Virus record (IMG/VR): IMGVR_UViG_3300042147_000020
Span: 174,800-238,799 of that record
Direction: 5' to 3' (one strand)
Length of the DNA: 64,000 nt
Positions within the stretch are counted from its first letter, which is position 1, and each line of letters begins with the position of its first letter. Below are positions 8,850 through 18,449 of the stretch, piece after piece. The position numbers and the translations under genes are program-made. Under the pieces are notes generated by a model. The model was not told the origin of the DNA. It saw only the letters and a program-made list of their open reading frames with translations, and did not search any database.

Positions 8850-9092
8850 TCAGCTATCCATCTGGTACCTCGAGGTAATCTGGACTCTGGTCTGAGTCTT
8901 CAACCCCTTTGCCTCTATTTCCAACTGCTGGTTGGTTCCTTCCAAGCTCTCTGCCTTTTGAGCAGCTTCGGCTAAAGCTTTAGCAGTGTCATCGTAGTAC
9001 CAATACAGTCCATAGAACAGACCGGTAACTAGAAGTAGTCGGAGACTATGTTTACCAGTCCCCCTGAAAATTAACACCATCCGTGATTTCAT
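8850..9092 (-). CDS. Small membrane-anchored coiled-coil protein
   Basis: N-terminal TM LLLVTGLFYGLYWYY then heptad-like AKALAEAAQKAESLEGTNQQLE; start overlaps the RuvC stop. Confidence 0.6.
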   Translation of the reverse strand: MKSRMVLIFRGTGKHSLRLLLVTGLFYGLYWYYDDTAKALAEAAQKAESLEGTNQQLEIEAKGLKTQTRVQITSRYQMDS

Positions 9093-9679
9093 ATCCCCGC
9101 ACCCTTAACGAAATTGATTAACGCTAAGCATTTGAAGTAACCTACGGCGATGCTGTCAGTGGAGTGCTCGTCGAGATCCTCAATGCGCTTACCAGACATG
9201 TTCCGAAAGTTAGGCAACTTCAGAATAGCCCACTTGACATCATCTTTGTTCTTGCTCTTACCAGACACGCCCACTGCCATCTTTGCCGAAGGAGGATCAA
9301 CTGTCTCCAAAGGCATGCAGAGATCGTATTCGTAGAGCGCGCGACGGATGGCAGTCTTGCATTCAACCAGTGCTTCGAAGGCCTGCGGAAATCGCCCCAA
9401 GAAGGGCGACTCACAGATCAAAGAATGAATACCAAAGTAGCGCATCCAGTTCAACAGCTCCACGCCGTGAGAATGGAGTTTAGCCCATCGACCACCGTGT
9501 ACTTCTTCTACGCCGGGATACCGACGCATGTTACGGCTCCCGTGTAGGGTGTTGACGTCCCGAAGGATAATCTCCCCAGTAAAGAGATCCACGTCGAGGA
9601 TACAAGTCCCCAAGGTGTCTGTACCAGGGTCGATAGCGCCTACACGAAAGTAACGACTGTGTTCAGGGATAAACAACAT
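9089..9679 (-). CDS. ruvC: RuvC-like Holliday junction resolvase
   Basis: GAIDPGT, LICESP, DSIAVG catalytic acidic motifs. Confidence 0.85.
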   Translation of the reverse strand: MLFIPEHSRYFRVGAIDPGTDTLGTCILDVDLFTGEIILRDVNTLHGSRNMRRYPGVEEVHGGRWAKLHSHGVELLNWMRYFGIHSLICESPFLGRFPQAFEALVECKTAIRRALYEYDLCMPLETVDPPSAKMAVGVSGKSKNKDDVKWAILKLPNFRNMSGKRIEDLDEHSTDSIAVGYFKCLALINFVKGAGI

Positions 9680-9685
9680 AAGCGA

Positions 9686-10552
9686 TTAACCGTTGTTAGC
9701 ACTCACGTAGTCGGCGTCAGACAGCAACGGCTCGGTAGCACCCAGTTCGATGTCCTGAGTGAAGCCTTTGTTAGTGAAGGCTACGGAGTGGTGAGTAGTG
9801 ATGAAGGAGTTCACCTGACAGGCGATAACTTCTTTCATGTTGAACTGCGTGTTACCTGGACCTTGAACAGTCAGGGTACGGTCAACACCGGAACACAGAC
9901 CGATCTCGGAGATCACGGCGTAGGCTTCGTTGTCGAACAGAATGCGGCAAGCGTCGATCAGCTCTTTCACGTCTTCGGCACTGAAGATCAGTGTCAAGAT
10001 ACTCGAGGTCGACAGGTAGTCGCCAGACGAACTGATCACACCGGTGTTCGACATCACTGGTGGAGTCGGGTTCAGGTTAGCCAGGTTCGGTACGTACGGT
10101 TCGGTAACTTTCTGGTCACCGTCGACGATCGTGTGGTTGATGGCCGGAGCAGTGTTCGCCAAGCTGATGCGCTTGAGGTAGTACGCCCAGTAGTTGGTAC
10201 CAGCGATGTTCAACAGTACCCGCAGTGCGTAACGACTACGTTCGATGACGGTCAGGTCATTGTCGACGCGGCGCAGTACAAAAGGCAGGTGACGGTACAG
10301 AGCAGCATCGGAAGCTCGGTGTGGCAAAGGAGATGTGTAAGGAACACCATCGGCGCCCACCATGTTCTTGTGACCGCCGTTACCGATACAGTAGTACTGC
10401 ATTGCGGGGCGTTCGAGTTCACTGAGTTCTTCATCAACAAAGACGTTGAACTTCTCGTTGAGAGTGGTGTGGTCCAGAATCGTTGGGCGTTGACCCAGAA
10501 GCAATGAGGTCTGAAGGGATGAGCCCCAGACACTACGGGTAATTGTTTTCAT
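9686..10552 (-). CDS. Virion structural protein (phiKZ-like conserved)
   Basis: Likely start MKTITRS at 10552; lies in the structural block. Confidence 0.6.
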   Translation of the reverse strand: MKTITRSVWGSSLQTSLLLGQRPTILDHTTLNEKFNVFVDEELSELERPAMQYYCIGNGGHKNMVGADGVPYTSPLPHRASDAALYRHLPFVLRRVDNDLTVIERSRYALRVLLNIAGTNYWAYYLKRISLANTAPAINHTIVDGDQKVTEPYVPNLANLNPTPPVMSNTGVISSSGDYLSTSSILTLIFSAEDVKELIDACRILFDNEAYAVISEIGLCSGVDRTLTVQGPGNTQFNMKEVIACQVNSFITTHHSVAFTNKGFTQDIELGATEPLLSDADYVSANNG

Positions 10553-10633
10553 TTGAAAAACCTTTATCAACAAGAGGTGACAGAGTCGACACAGGGCCAA
10601 CTAAATTAATCTGGTTCACAGTATAACTGTACA

Positions 10634-10668
10634 GACGGCATAGAAGGAGGCCGAAGCCTCCTCGTATG
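10634..10668 (-). terminator. Intrinsic terminator
   Basis: AGGAGGC-cgaa-GCCTCCT hairpin (TTCG loop on minus) with GACGGCATA flank. Confidence 0.7.
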
Positions 10669-10669
10669 T

Positions 10670-11242
10670 TTAAGCATCCATCGTGGTAACAGAACCCAGC
10701 GTAGTAGTACCCGCCAAGTAATCCAATTGACCACCACTCGGATCAACCACCTTAATGTAGAAACTGCCACCACCAGCGCTCTTCGGAATGAACCGAGGAG
10801 ACTTGTCAGCGACCTTCAACTCGAACACACCCGCCACAGCCATCGCAGCCGTGATCTGAGTATCGTCAGTCATCAACGTGGTCGTGTTTGGAATCAAGAC
10901 GTCTTGTGCCTCGATCACCAAACCGTACTGTACTTTGAGACTGGCTTTCAGTGTAGAGAAGCTGAAAGGGAAGTTGGCAGGGAATGGTAGTTGCACCACG
11001 CCGTTCATCAGGGTCGTGACGTTACCGCGTTTGTACTTCAGAGTCATCGCCCCTTTGTACTTACCCGGAGTCCCGTCGGTGGCTACGATCCGAGCGGTAC
11101 CCACCACTGTGATCATGTCAGCAGCGTGGGTGTAGATCAGATCCAGATGAGGAATCTCCAGATACACATCGTTCGAATCTTGGAACAATGCGATCAGCGT
11201 TTCGTCACCCGTGCTCTTTAAAACTGTTGCTAATTCCAACAC
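10670..11242 (-). CDS. Putative tail/baseplate-associated virion protein
   Basis: 190 aa ORF, SD AAGGAG, position in the structural block. Confidence 0.55.
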   Translation of the reverse strand: MLELATVLKSTGDETLIALFQDSNDVYLEIPHLDLIYTHAADMITVVGTARIVATDGTPGKYKGAMTLKYKRGNVTTLMNGVVQLPFPANFPFSFSTLKASLKVQYGLVIEAQDVLIPNTTTLMTDDTQITAAMAVAGVFELKVADKSPRFIPKSAGGGSFYIKVVDPSGGQLDYLAGTTTLGSVTTMDA

Positions 11243-11254
11243 GGCGATTACTCC

Positions 11255-12505
11255 TTACAATTTACTCAGGTTATAGTGGATCAACAGTTTGCCCCGCGCG
11301 TTAGTACAGAACTCCTCATTCAACTTCACAACGAAGATGTAACCAAAGTACACGTTGTATGCTTCAGGGTACCGTCTGTTGTAACCGTTGAACTCCACCG
11401 TGGCCCCGTAGAGGTTGTTGGGTGATGGGCGATTCACACATTTAAAGCGTGCTTCGCCCACAGCGTCTGCTTGACGATAGATGTCATTCAGGAACGCTAC
11501 ATCCAAGTTGTGAGTGAGGAACTGGTAGTCGGTTGGGAACTGGACAATCTGTGCAGGGTAGTTGTGTCCGTGGACTTGACCCAGACCTAACAACTCAGCC
11601 GGTTGCTTGAACACAATCGGGAACTCTGGAATGATGACCGGAATCCGTGAGTTGTAATAGACGACCAACGTACCCGAGACATCGGTACAGTGGGCTGGTG
11701 ACAATTGAATCACCAACACCTTAGTCGAAGCACGGTTATACGGTACCGCACCAATGTCTTCCACTCGACCGTTAAACGTCACACGAGCACCGAAGAGGTT
11801 CTTAGGTCCAGGTGTAGCAGCGTACGTCCAAGTCTGACCTACACCGACTCCAAGGTTGGCGTAGAGGGTATCCATGATGGTAGCGAGATACGCACCGTCT
11901 TGAACCGCCCCACGTTTGATCACCTTCAGATAACTACCGTAGTAGATACCGTCGGTGAAAGGTTTGTCGTAGGTGACGAAAGGACGGCCTTGGTTCTGTA
12001 CTGGATTCAACGAACCCAAGTCAGTTACCAGAGCAATGTCCGCCAAGTCTTCCCGAGGCATCAGGTTGACTACGAGTTCCCCAATCCACCGGAGAGAACG
12101 AGGAGTAGCACGCAGCCGATAACCGTGAGCATTGGCCACAGTAATGATTTCTTCATAGAAGTCGTCCGAGTCGAACTGGTAACCATAAGCATCCCGCAAG
12201 ATGTCTAGGAACGCTGAGGTGGTGGTGGGTAAGTCCATCGTGACGTTGATCTTAACGCCATCGAAGAACGTGGCTGCATCCAGCCGGTTGTATGTGAAGT
12301 CTGCCTCACCCACAAACGGGACTGGGGCAAACGGATCAAAGCTTTTACGTACCTTGAGCAGTACTTTGGTTTCACGACCAGAAACGACTGTTGGGTTCAA
12401 GATGGCAATAGTGTCGTCTTGCAACTGTATAGTGTTTCGTGAGTTGATCAGTTCAAGCAAAGCCGCTCTAGGAGATAAGTTGAGCAAACCAATCGTGTCT
12501 AGCAC
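11255..12505 (-). CDS. Putative tail-fibre/baseplate protein (phiKZ gp131-135-like family)
   Basis: GTG start after AAGGAG; FTYNRLD motif; internal duplication NLFGARVTFNG / NLYGATVEFNG. Confidence 0.55.
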   Translation of the reverse strand: MLDTIGLLNLSPRAALLELINSRNTIQLQDDTIAILNPTVVSGRETKVLLKVRKSFDPFAPVPFVGEADFTYNRLDAATFFDGVKINVTMDLPTTTSAFLDILRDAYGYQFDSDDFYEEIITVANAHGYRLRATPRSLRWIGELVVNLMPREDLADIALVTDLGSLNPVQNQGRPFVTYDKPFTDGIYYGSYLKVIKRGAVQDGAYLATIMDTLYANLGVGVGQTWTYAATPGPKNLFGARVTFNGRVEDIGAVPYNRASTKVLVIQLSPAHCTDVSGTLVVYYNSRIPVIIPEFPIVFKQPAELLGLGQVHGHNYPAQIVQFPTDYQFLTHNLDVAFLNDIYRQADAVGEARFKCVNRPSPNNLYGATVEFNGYNRRYPEAYNVYFGYIFVVKLNEEFCTNARGKLLIHYNLSKL

Positions 12506-12585
12506 TATCCTCACTCCTTTACACAAAAAAGAAAAGGCCCCCACACACCCTGTGTTAAAGGATGTGTGGAGACCCTCCGATGGGG

Positions 12586-15420
12586 TTAATCAGGTGGGTT
12601 CAATGACAAACCTAGCAGTAGAGATGCCTCAACTCCTAGCAATCGTTGTAGCACCAACCCAGGCTGTCGCGTAGTGAGGATCACGTCAGCCAGAGGGGTG
12701 GCGTACGTGAATCCAACGAGCTGAGGATTCAGTACGAGCTGGTCAGGCGACGGTGGATAGTCTAAACCACCCATGTCAGGGATCAGGTTCAGTCGGCGTT
12801 CAGTGTTCTTATAATCGAACCCTAAGCCAACATCATTGATCGCCAGTGCAGGTGGCGGTTCTGGATAATCCAACCCATCCGACTCAGCAGCTATCAACAG
12901 CGGCTGTTGTACAGGCTCATACTCAAACCCAGACAGTGTAGGACTTACGGTCAACTCGCCCTCTGGTGGCGTGTAGTCAAACCCGTCTTGAACCGCTGTC
13001 AACTCTAAGTGAGGTGGAACGATCTCGTACGTAAAGCCGTCCAATGTATCAGCCAGTACCATTGTTGGAACAGGGCTTGGGCTGTAGTCAAAACCGTTAG
13101 GCTGAACCAAGGCCAAAGCTGTTTCATCAAAGACTGGGTAATCAAACCCATTGACAGTAATCTCTTCCCACGGAATGTCCGTAGTCGGAGCGTAGTCAAA
13201 GCCGTCCAGTTGAGGAATCACCAGCGCAGTGCGGATGTGCTTGTACTCACCAATGTTAACTGGTGGCATTGCAAGGTACAGGTATTCAGGGATCGCTTGC
13301 TGATTGATGATGTCATCCAATTCCAAAGGCACAGCCTCAGGCATTGAGAAGTACACCGTCGGGATCGTCAAGCGCATGGAGAACTTGGAATAGCCGTCAG
13401 CAGCGAAGTTAACCGTATGGTCCCACTTACCACTGTCACCATGTTCACCAGCATTGTTGGTCATCTCGAAGGTAGCGTTGTCGAGAGTTTCCTCAATCTT
13501 ATCCTGTCCCACACCGTCCATGTTTTGAACGTAGACGTTAGTCTGGTGCAAATGCATGTCGCCGCTACCGTCACCGACTTGATCACCCAAACGAATGGCC
13601 GACCAATTCAACGACAGCATGTTAGTACCGCGCAGCTCACTCAAGAACTGTACAGAGTAACTGCTCAACTGAGTCAACAAGCGAATCATTGCAGCCTGAA
13701 GCTCTGCAAGGCTCACAGTGACGTGTAAGCTTGTACCGGTGGTCAGTGCCAAGAGATTGGTGTAGAGCAGCTCAAACTCCGCCTTAGAGAAGTTTGTCAC
13801 GTCCAGTTGATGTTCCTGCAACCATTGGTCGTAGGTAATCTGTGTACCGTTGTCGAGCTGACAGTTCTTGTTCTGATACAGGTGTAATGCAGCCGCTTCG
13901 GCTTGACCACGAGACTCGTAATGTTCCTGACTGGTGTAGATCCAGTTATGCTCTTTCCAAGCAAGGTGGATCTCTTTACACTTGTCGTAGAACGCTTCAA
14001 CCGATACCAAGTCATTCAAGACAGGTTGGTCTTTCAGCAAAGCATCCAGTACGTCATCAGGAACACGTTCAACCTCAGTGATCTTACGTAGGTCTTCACG
14101 TGTGGGTAGGAACTGTTTACGAACCATCACAGCGTCAGGATTAGGAACGTACACCAAGTTCTGACCCAAGGCTCTGTTCATCGCGTAGATAAACAAAATG
14201 AACGCGTCTTTGGCGTTGTACCACAACTGGTCGCCGGTCAAAGGGTTGTCAAACGAGATAATCGTTTTGTACCAACCTTCCTGAGCGAAGTACAACCAAT
14301 GGTTCAACAGTACATCAGAGAACGTCAGGGCGTAATCGTTACTGCGGTCAACGACTGAGGACTCGAGCATTTTCGTCTTGAGACGGTTACTCGAACTGTT
14401 CGTCATCTTCTCTGTGACTTCAGCAACAGTCGCAGGAATCTGATCATAGTTACCCGGTGCAATCTTAGCCGCACGGTTAACGATCTCAGTAACGGAGAAC
14501 GTGTCAATTGGGTTACCACTGGCGAAGCGCGTGAGGTCAACTCGCTTAACTTCTACAGTCGGGTACAAGTTGCCCGGCTGCTCACTTACGTTATGATGTA
14601 AATTGAACTCAGCCACCGGTAACATGCGGTGCGACATGATTTTGTCGATCAACCACTCGAAGGTATCCTGCTTACCAGCGTTGCGCTGGATGTACAGAAT
14701 GTTCCTATAAAGGAAGAGCATTTGCTCTTTGTCGAGGTGGGAGATATAAGCGTCCAGTCTCCCGTGACTGGCCAAGTACTGCCGGATGTGGAAACTGTGA
14801 ACCTGTTCCGTGTGACAGTTGGTTAACCGCGCGTCCTCAATGAACAGGGGAATGTTTAGGAACAGTATCGCTAGGTGAGCTGCTGGATAAAGATCGTCCA
14901 CCATCACGAACTCAGCCACGTTGTACCGAAGCATGAATGCGTCGATGCGATCTTGGATCTGGCTAACCAGTGAGGTTTCATTCTCTTCGATCAAGAACTG
15001 GTCGATGTAGAGGATCTTACCGTCTGGTGCGGCAATCGCTGCGTTAATGTCCACAGGATTTAAGATACCGTGAATCAGATCTCTCTGAGCAGGGTATCGT
15101 GCAACCAATTGATCATAGAAACGTGTACCGAAAGCGTAGTCCCGCAGAGTTCTGCGATGTACTGAAAGCGTTTGGACATCGAAGGAGATCTCTTCACGAG
15201 TATCCAACGACGTCACTGTCATCGGTGTGTCAGTCGAATGATAGCGTCCCGATAGGTTGAGGTAGTACTTCCAAGTGGCCGGTGCGTCCTCATCGACGTC
15301 CAGTCCCCGTTCGTTCAACCCAACGTTCATCGCGCTAGCAGTCGCTTCACTCTTGATGACAATCGTTTTCGCCATGAGAATCATGGAGTCAACGTAGAGT
15401 CTATAGTAAGCGTTGGACAC
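12586..15420 (-). CDS. Large virion/baseplate protein (phiKZ gp128-like by synteny) with C-terminal peptide repeats
   Basis: GTG start after GGAGG; WKYYLNLSGRYH motif; divergent from the portal gene. Confidence 0.7.
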   Translation of the reverse strand: MSNAYYRLYVDSMILMAKTIVIKSEATASAMNVGLNERGLDVDEDAPATWKYYLNLSGRYHSTDTPMTVTSLDTREEISFDVQTLSVHRRTLRDYAFGTRFYDQLVARYPAQRDLIHGILNPVDINAAIAAPDGKILYIDQFLIEENETSLVSQIQDRIDAFMLRYNVAEFVMVDDLYPAAHLAILFLNIPLFIEDARLTNCHTEQVHSFHIRQYLASHGRLDAYISHLDKEQMLFLYRNILYIQRNAGKQDTFEWLIDKIMSHRMLPVAEFNLHHNVSEQPGNLYPTVEVKRVDLTRFASGNPIDTFSVTEIVNRAAKIAPGNYDQIPATVAEVTEKMTNSSSNRLKTKMLESSVVDRSNDYALTFSDVLLNHWLYFAQEGWYKTIISFDNPLTGDQLWYNAKDAFILFIYAMNRALGQNLVYVPNPDAVMVRKQFLPTREDLRKITEVERVPDDVLDALLKDQPVLNDLVSVEAFYDKCKEIHLAWKEHNWIYTSQEHYESRGQAEAAALHLYQNKNCQLDNGTQITYDQWLQEHQLDVTNFSKAEFELLYTNLLALTTGTSLHVTVSLAELQAAMIRLLTQLSSYSVQFLSELRGTNMLSLNWSAIRLGDQVGDGSGDMHLHQTNVYVQNMDGVGQDKIEETLDNATFEMTNNAGEHGDSGKWDHTVNFAADGYSKFSMRLTIPTVYFSMPEAVPLELDDIINQQAIPEYLYLAMPPVNIGEYKHIRTALVIPQLDGFDYAPTTDIPWEEITVNGFDYPVFDETALALVQPNGFDYSPSPVPTMVLADTLDGFTYEIVPPHLELTAVQDGFDYTPPEGELTVSPTLSGFEYEPVQQPLLIAAESDGLDYPEPPPALAINDVGLGFDYKNTERRLNLIPDMGGLDYPPSPDQLVLNPQLVGFTYATPLADVILTTRQPGLVLQRLLGVEASLLLGLSLNPPD
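12695..13212 (-). repeat. Ten degenerate coding repeats of about 18-20 aa with a G-[FL]-[DTE]-Y core
   Basis: LDGFDY, VNGFDY, PNGFDY, LDGFTY, QDGFDY, LSGFEY, SDGLDY, GLGFDY, MGGLDY, LVGFTY. Confidence 0.85.
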
Positions 15421-15466
15421 GTCTAGGTCCTCCAATCAACTTTTAAAGCGTCACTGGGAGTAATAA

Positions 15467-18391
15467 ATGTCTGGTGCAGATTACGACAATAACCAGCTTC
15501 AGATGTTGGGGCTGGATAGTCAAAAGCGGCGTTTCGAGAAACTCGGGCTGCTCAAGAAGAAACCCCTGGCTACTGCTGTCGTCAGCAAGCTCGTTAGAAA
15601 CAACGAACATCTTGGCAACAGCAACAACGTCAACCCCACCCGTGGCGTCGACATCCCCACAACAGGTTATCTGAATAAAGTCTCGGACATTACCGCTGGT
15701 AACGTAACCGATGCAGAAAACCTTTACCAGATGCTCCCAGATACCGAACTGGCAGAACAGATTCTGGTCAGTAGTATCCTCTCACCGAAAGACATGGTTA
15801 CGACGGAGTTGAACTACGTCTGTAATGAGTCTTCCTTGAAGGGGGAGATCACTGGTGTACTCCTCAGTGTCATCGAAGAATTTTTCACCAAAGTCTATAA
15901 AATAGATCCCCAACTGCCGGGTATTTTGTCAGACGTCCTTTTCAAGAAGGGTAGTTACCCTGTTATGATCATTCCAGAGTCATCTGTGGATGAAATCATC
16001 AACGGTGAACGCAACAACGTAGGTATGGAAGGCCGGGTTGATACCCAGAGCTTGTTCACGCATTCCATCGGTGTTTTGGGTGACTCTACCTTTGAAGACG
16101 GCAAGCCCGTACCGAAAAACCGGGTCAAAGTGTCCATGGAAGACATGAACCAGTACTACACCCAGAACTTCCGCATGTTGCGTCCACGTCTGGCGAAGAA
16201 AGGGTTTGACACCAAGATCTCCGTCTCTGACAACCCGGATCTGTTGAAGGCACCGTTTGTTCATGAGCTACAACGCCGTAAACATCTGGCTGCAACCTTC
16301 AAGCGTCAAGGCTTTGGTATGGAGTCCAACAATGAGGTGTCGCGTGATGACATCGAAATGTCGTTCTACCGGCCTCGTCTACAAGCGGCCCGTCCTGTTG
16401 TTGGTGTAAAGACTGCTGGTCAAGTCAAGCGTGCAACCGTAGGACACCCTCTGGTCATGCGTCTGCCTGCTGAGTCAATCATCCCTGTACACGTTCCGGG
16501 TTCTCCAGACGAACACATCGGTTACTTCGTGATCCTCGACCCTCAGGGCAACCCTGTGGTGAAGGCTAACCGGTCTGAGTACTACAACGACCTGAACATG
16601 AACATGTCTATTAACAAGGACATGGCCAGTCAGTTGATCTCCCAAGGTCAACGTACGGTTGAAGGTTACCAGCAACGTTCGGACATCGACACCGAAGAAG
16701 CCACACGGATCTACGCACAGCTCGTAGAGGAAGACCTGATCGCTCGTCTGCGAAACGGTATCTACGCCGACAACATCGAGATCTCTCGTCCGTTGGAAGT
16801 GTACCGCATCATGTTGGCACGCACCTTTGCAAACATGACCACTCAGTTGTTGTTCGTACCGGCTGAACTGGTGACGTACTTCGCCTTTGACTACAACCGC
16901 TACGGCGTGGGTAAGTCACTACTCGAAGACAACAAGATCCTCGCTTCGCTGCGTGTAATGATGATGCTGTCCAACACCATGGCGGCTATCAAGAACTCTA
17001 CCCCTCACACGGGCCTGAACATTACACTCGACCCTACTGACCCTGATCCATCGGGGACTGTAGAGAAGTTGGTCCACAACTACACTCAGACACGTCAGGC
17101 GTCGTACCCACTGGGTGCGTCTAGTCCGGTGGACATTGTTAACTTCCTGCAAAACGCCGGTGTTGACTTGAACGTCCAAGGTTCTCCTGCGTACCCTGAG
17201 ACTCGGATGGAAGTTGAAGACCGTCAACGTTCAGTAGCTGCACCGAACACTGACCTCGAAGACAACCTGAAGAAGCAGTTCCTGATGTCGCTGGGGTTGT
17301 CCCCAGAGACGGTGGACAACGGTTACAACGTTGAGTTCGCTACTTCGATTGTGACCAGTAACTTGTTGCTGACCAAACGAGTGATGCTGTACCAAGATCT
17401 GTTCACTGCTCTGCTGGGTGAATTCATCCGTAAGTACGTGCTGAACTCCGGTAACTTGATGGACAAGCTCCGCAAGACCGTGGAAGCCAACAAGAACATG
17501 TTACAAGACGTTGACCCTACTAAGCAGAAAGCGCAATTGGCAGAAGGTGGGCAGAAGCCTACTGAAGTTGAAAGCACTGAAGCTGAAGCCATAGACGTTG
17601 ACGTTGACGCGATCGTGGCTGAGTTCATCAACTCCTTGACCGTAACCCTCCCACGTCCAGACAGCATTACTCTGGAACGTCAGATGGAAGCCTACGACAA
17701 GTACATCGAAGGTCTGGAGAAGTGCCTTGAGGCTTACTTCAACAGTGACTTCCTCGACGGTACTTCGTTGGGTGACCAGTCTGATTCTGTGGACGTTGTA
17801 AAAGCGGCTATCTTGGCGCACTTCAAACGCAAGTGGCTGCGTGATAACAACGTCATGCCTGAGCTGGCTGATCTGGTGACCTTTACGGAAGAGAAGCACC
17901 CAATGATCGACTTGCTCACTACTCACACCGAACACGTTGACGCTATCGGCGCCAGCATCCAAGGTTACATGGTTAAAGTTGCCGAGGCTCAGAAAGCTCG
18001 CAATGCACTGACCGAAGCCGTGGAAGCTGACAAAGACATCGAAGTGGGTGGTGGTGGCAGTGGCGACGACTACAGCGACGACACATCCGGTGATGATGAT
18101 CTCGGCGGTGACGACGACGGTCTAGGTGGCGATGATGACGAGTTAGGGGGTATGGACGACATGGGTGACGGAGATGATGAAGGGGGAGACCTCGACACTC
18201 CAGACGACACCGAAGGGGAAGAGGAAGAAGCTGCTACCGATGAGGAAGCGGAAGAAGAACCTGAACCGGATGCTGAGGAAGAAGAGGAGGAAGTGAGTGA
18301 AGAAGCTGACCTAGGCCAATCCAATGGCGGTGGCGGTGCACTGGCTGAGTTCTTGGAACGCAGTAAACGTGAGCGTAGAGACAACCATTAA
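15467..18391 (+). CDS. Portal protein (phiKZ gp129-like) with acidic C-terminal tail
   Basis: 974 aa; synteny with the gp128-like gene; xME sites; long D/E/G-rich C-terminus. Confidence 0.7.
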   Translation: MSGADYDNNQLQMLGLDSQKRRFEKLGLLKKKPLATAVVSKLVRNNEHLGNSNNVNPTRGVDIPTTGYLNKVSDITAGNVTDAENLYQMLPDTELAEQILVSSILSPKDMVTTELNYVCNESSLKGEITGVLLSVIEEFFTKVYKIDPQLPGILSDVLFKKGSYPVMIIPESSVDEIINGERNNVGMEGRVDTQSLFTHSIGVLGDSTFEDGKPVPKNRVKVSMEDMNQYYTQNFRMLRPRLAKKGFDTKISVSDNPDLLKAPFVHELQRRKHLAATFKRQGFGMESNNEVSRDDIEMSFYRPRLQAARPVVGVKTAGQVKRATVGHPLVMRLPAESIIPVHVPGSPDEHIGYFVILDPQGNPVVKANRSEYYNDLNMNMSINKDMASQLISQGQRTVEGYQQRSDIDTEEATRIYAQLVEEDLIARLRNGIYADNIEISRPLEVYRIMLARTFANMTTQLLFVPAELVTYFAFDYNRYGVGKSLLEDNKILASLRVMMMLSNTMAAIKNSTPHTGLNITLDPTDPDPSGTVEKLVHNYTQTRQASYPLGASSPVDIVNFLQNAGVDLNVQGSPAYPETRMEVEDRQRSVAAPNTDLEDNLKKQFLMSLGLSPETVDNGYNVEFATSIVTSNLLLTKRVMLYQDLFTALLGEFIRKYVLNSGNLMDKLRKTVEANKNMLQDVDPTKQKAQLAEGGQKPTEVESTEAEAIDVDVDAIVAEFINSLTVTLPRPDSITLERQMEAYDKYIEGLEKCLEAYFNSDFLDGTSLGDQSDSVDVVKAAILAHFKRKWLRDNNVMPELADLVTFTEEKHPMIDLLTTHTEHVDAIGASIQGYMVKVAEAQKARNALTEAVEADKDIEVGGGGSGDDYSDDTSGDDDLGGDDDGLGGDDDELGGMDDMGDGDDEGGDLDTPDDTEGEEEEAATDEEAEEEPEPDAEEEEEEVSEEADLGQSNGGGGALAEFLERSKRERRDNH

Positions 18392-18446
18392 GACGGCATA
18401 AAAGCCAAAAAAAAAGGGGTGTCAAAGCCCCTTCTTTTTATGCCGC
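18392..18446. terminator. Bidirectional terminator
   Basis: GACGGCATA...A-tract-GGGG-loop-CCCC-TTCTTTTTATGCCGC between convergent genes. Confidence 0.7.
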
Positions 18447-18449
18447 TAT

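Noticed and set aside
12695-13212. Repeated GTAGTCAAA units as a CRISPR array or DNA repeat
   Set aside because: Repeats are short, degenerate at third codon positions and in frame in a protein; no cas genes.
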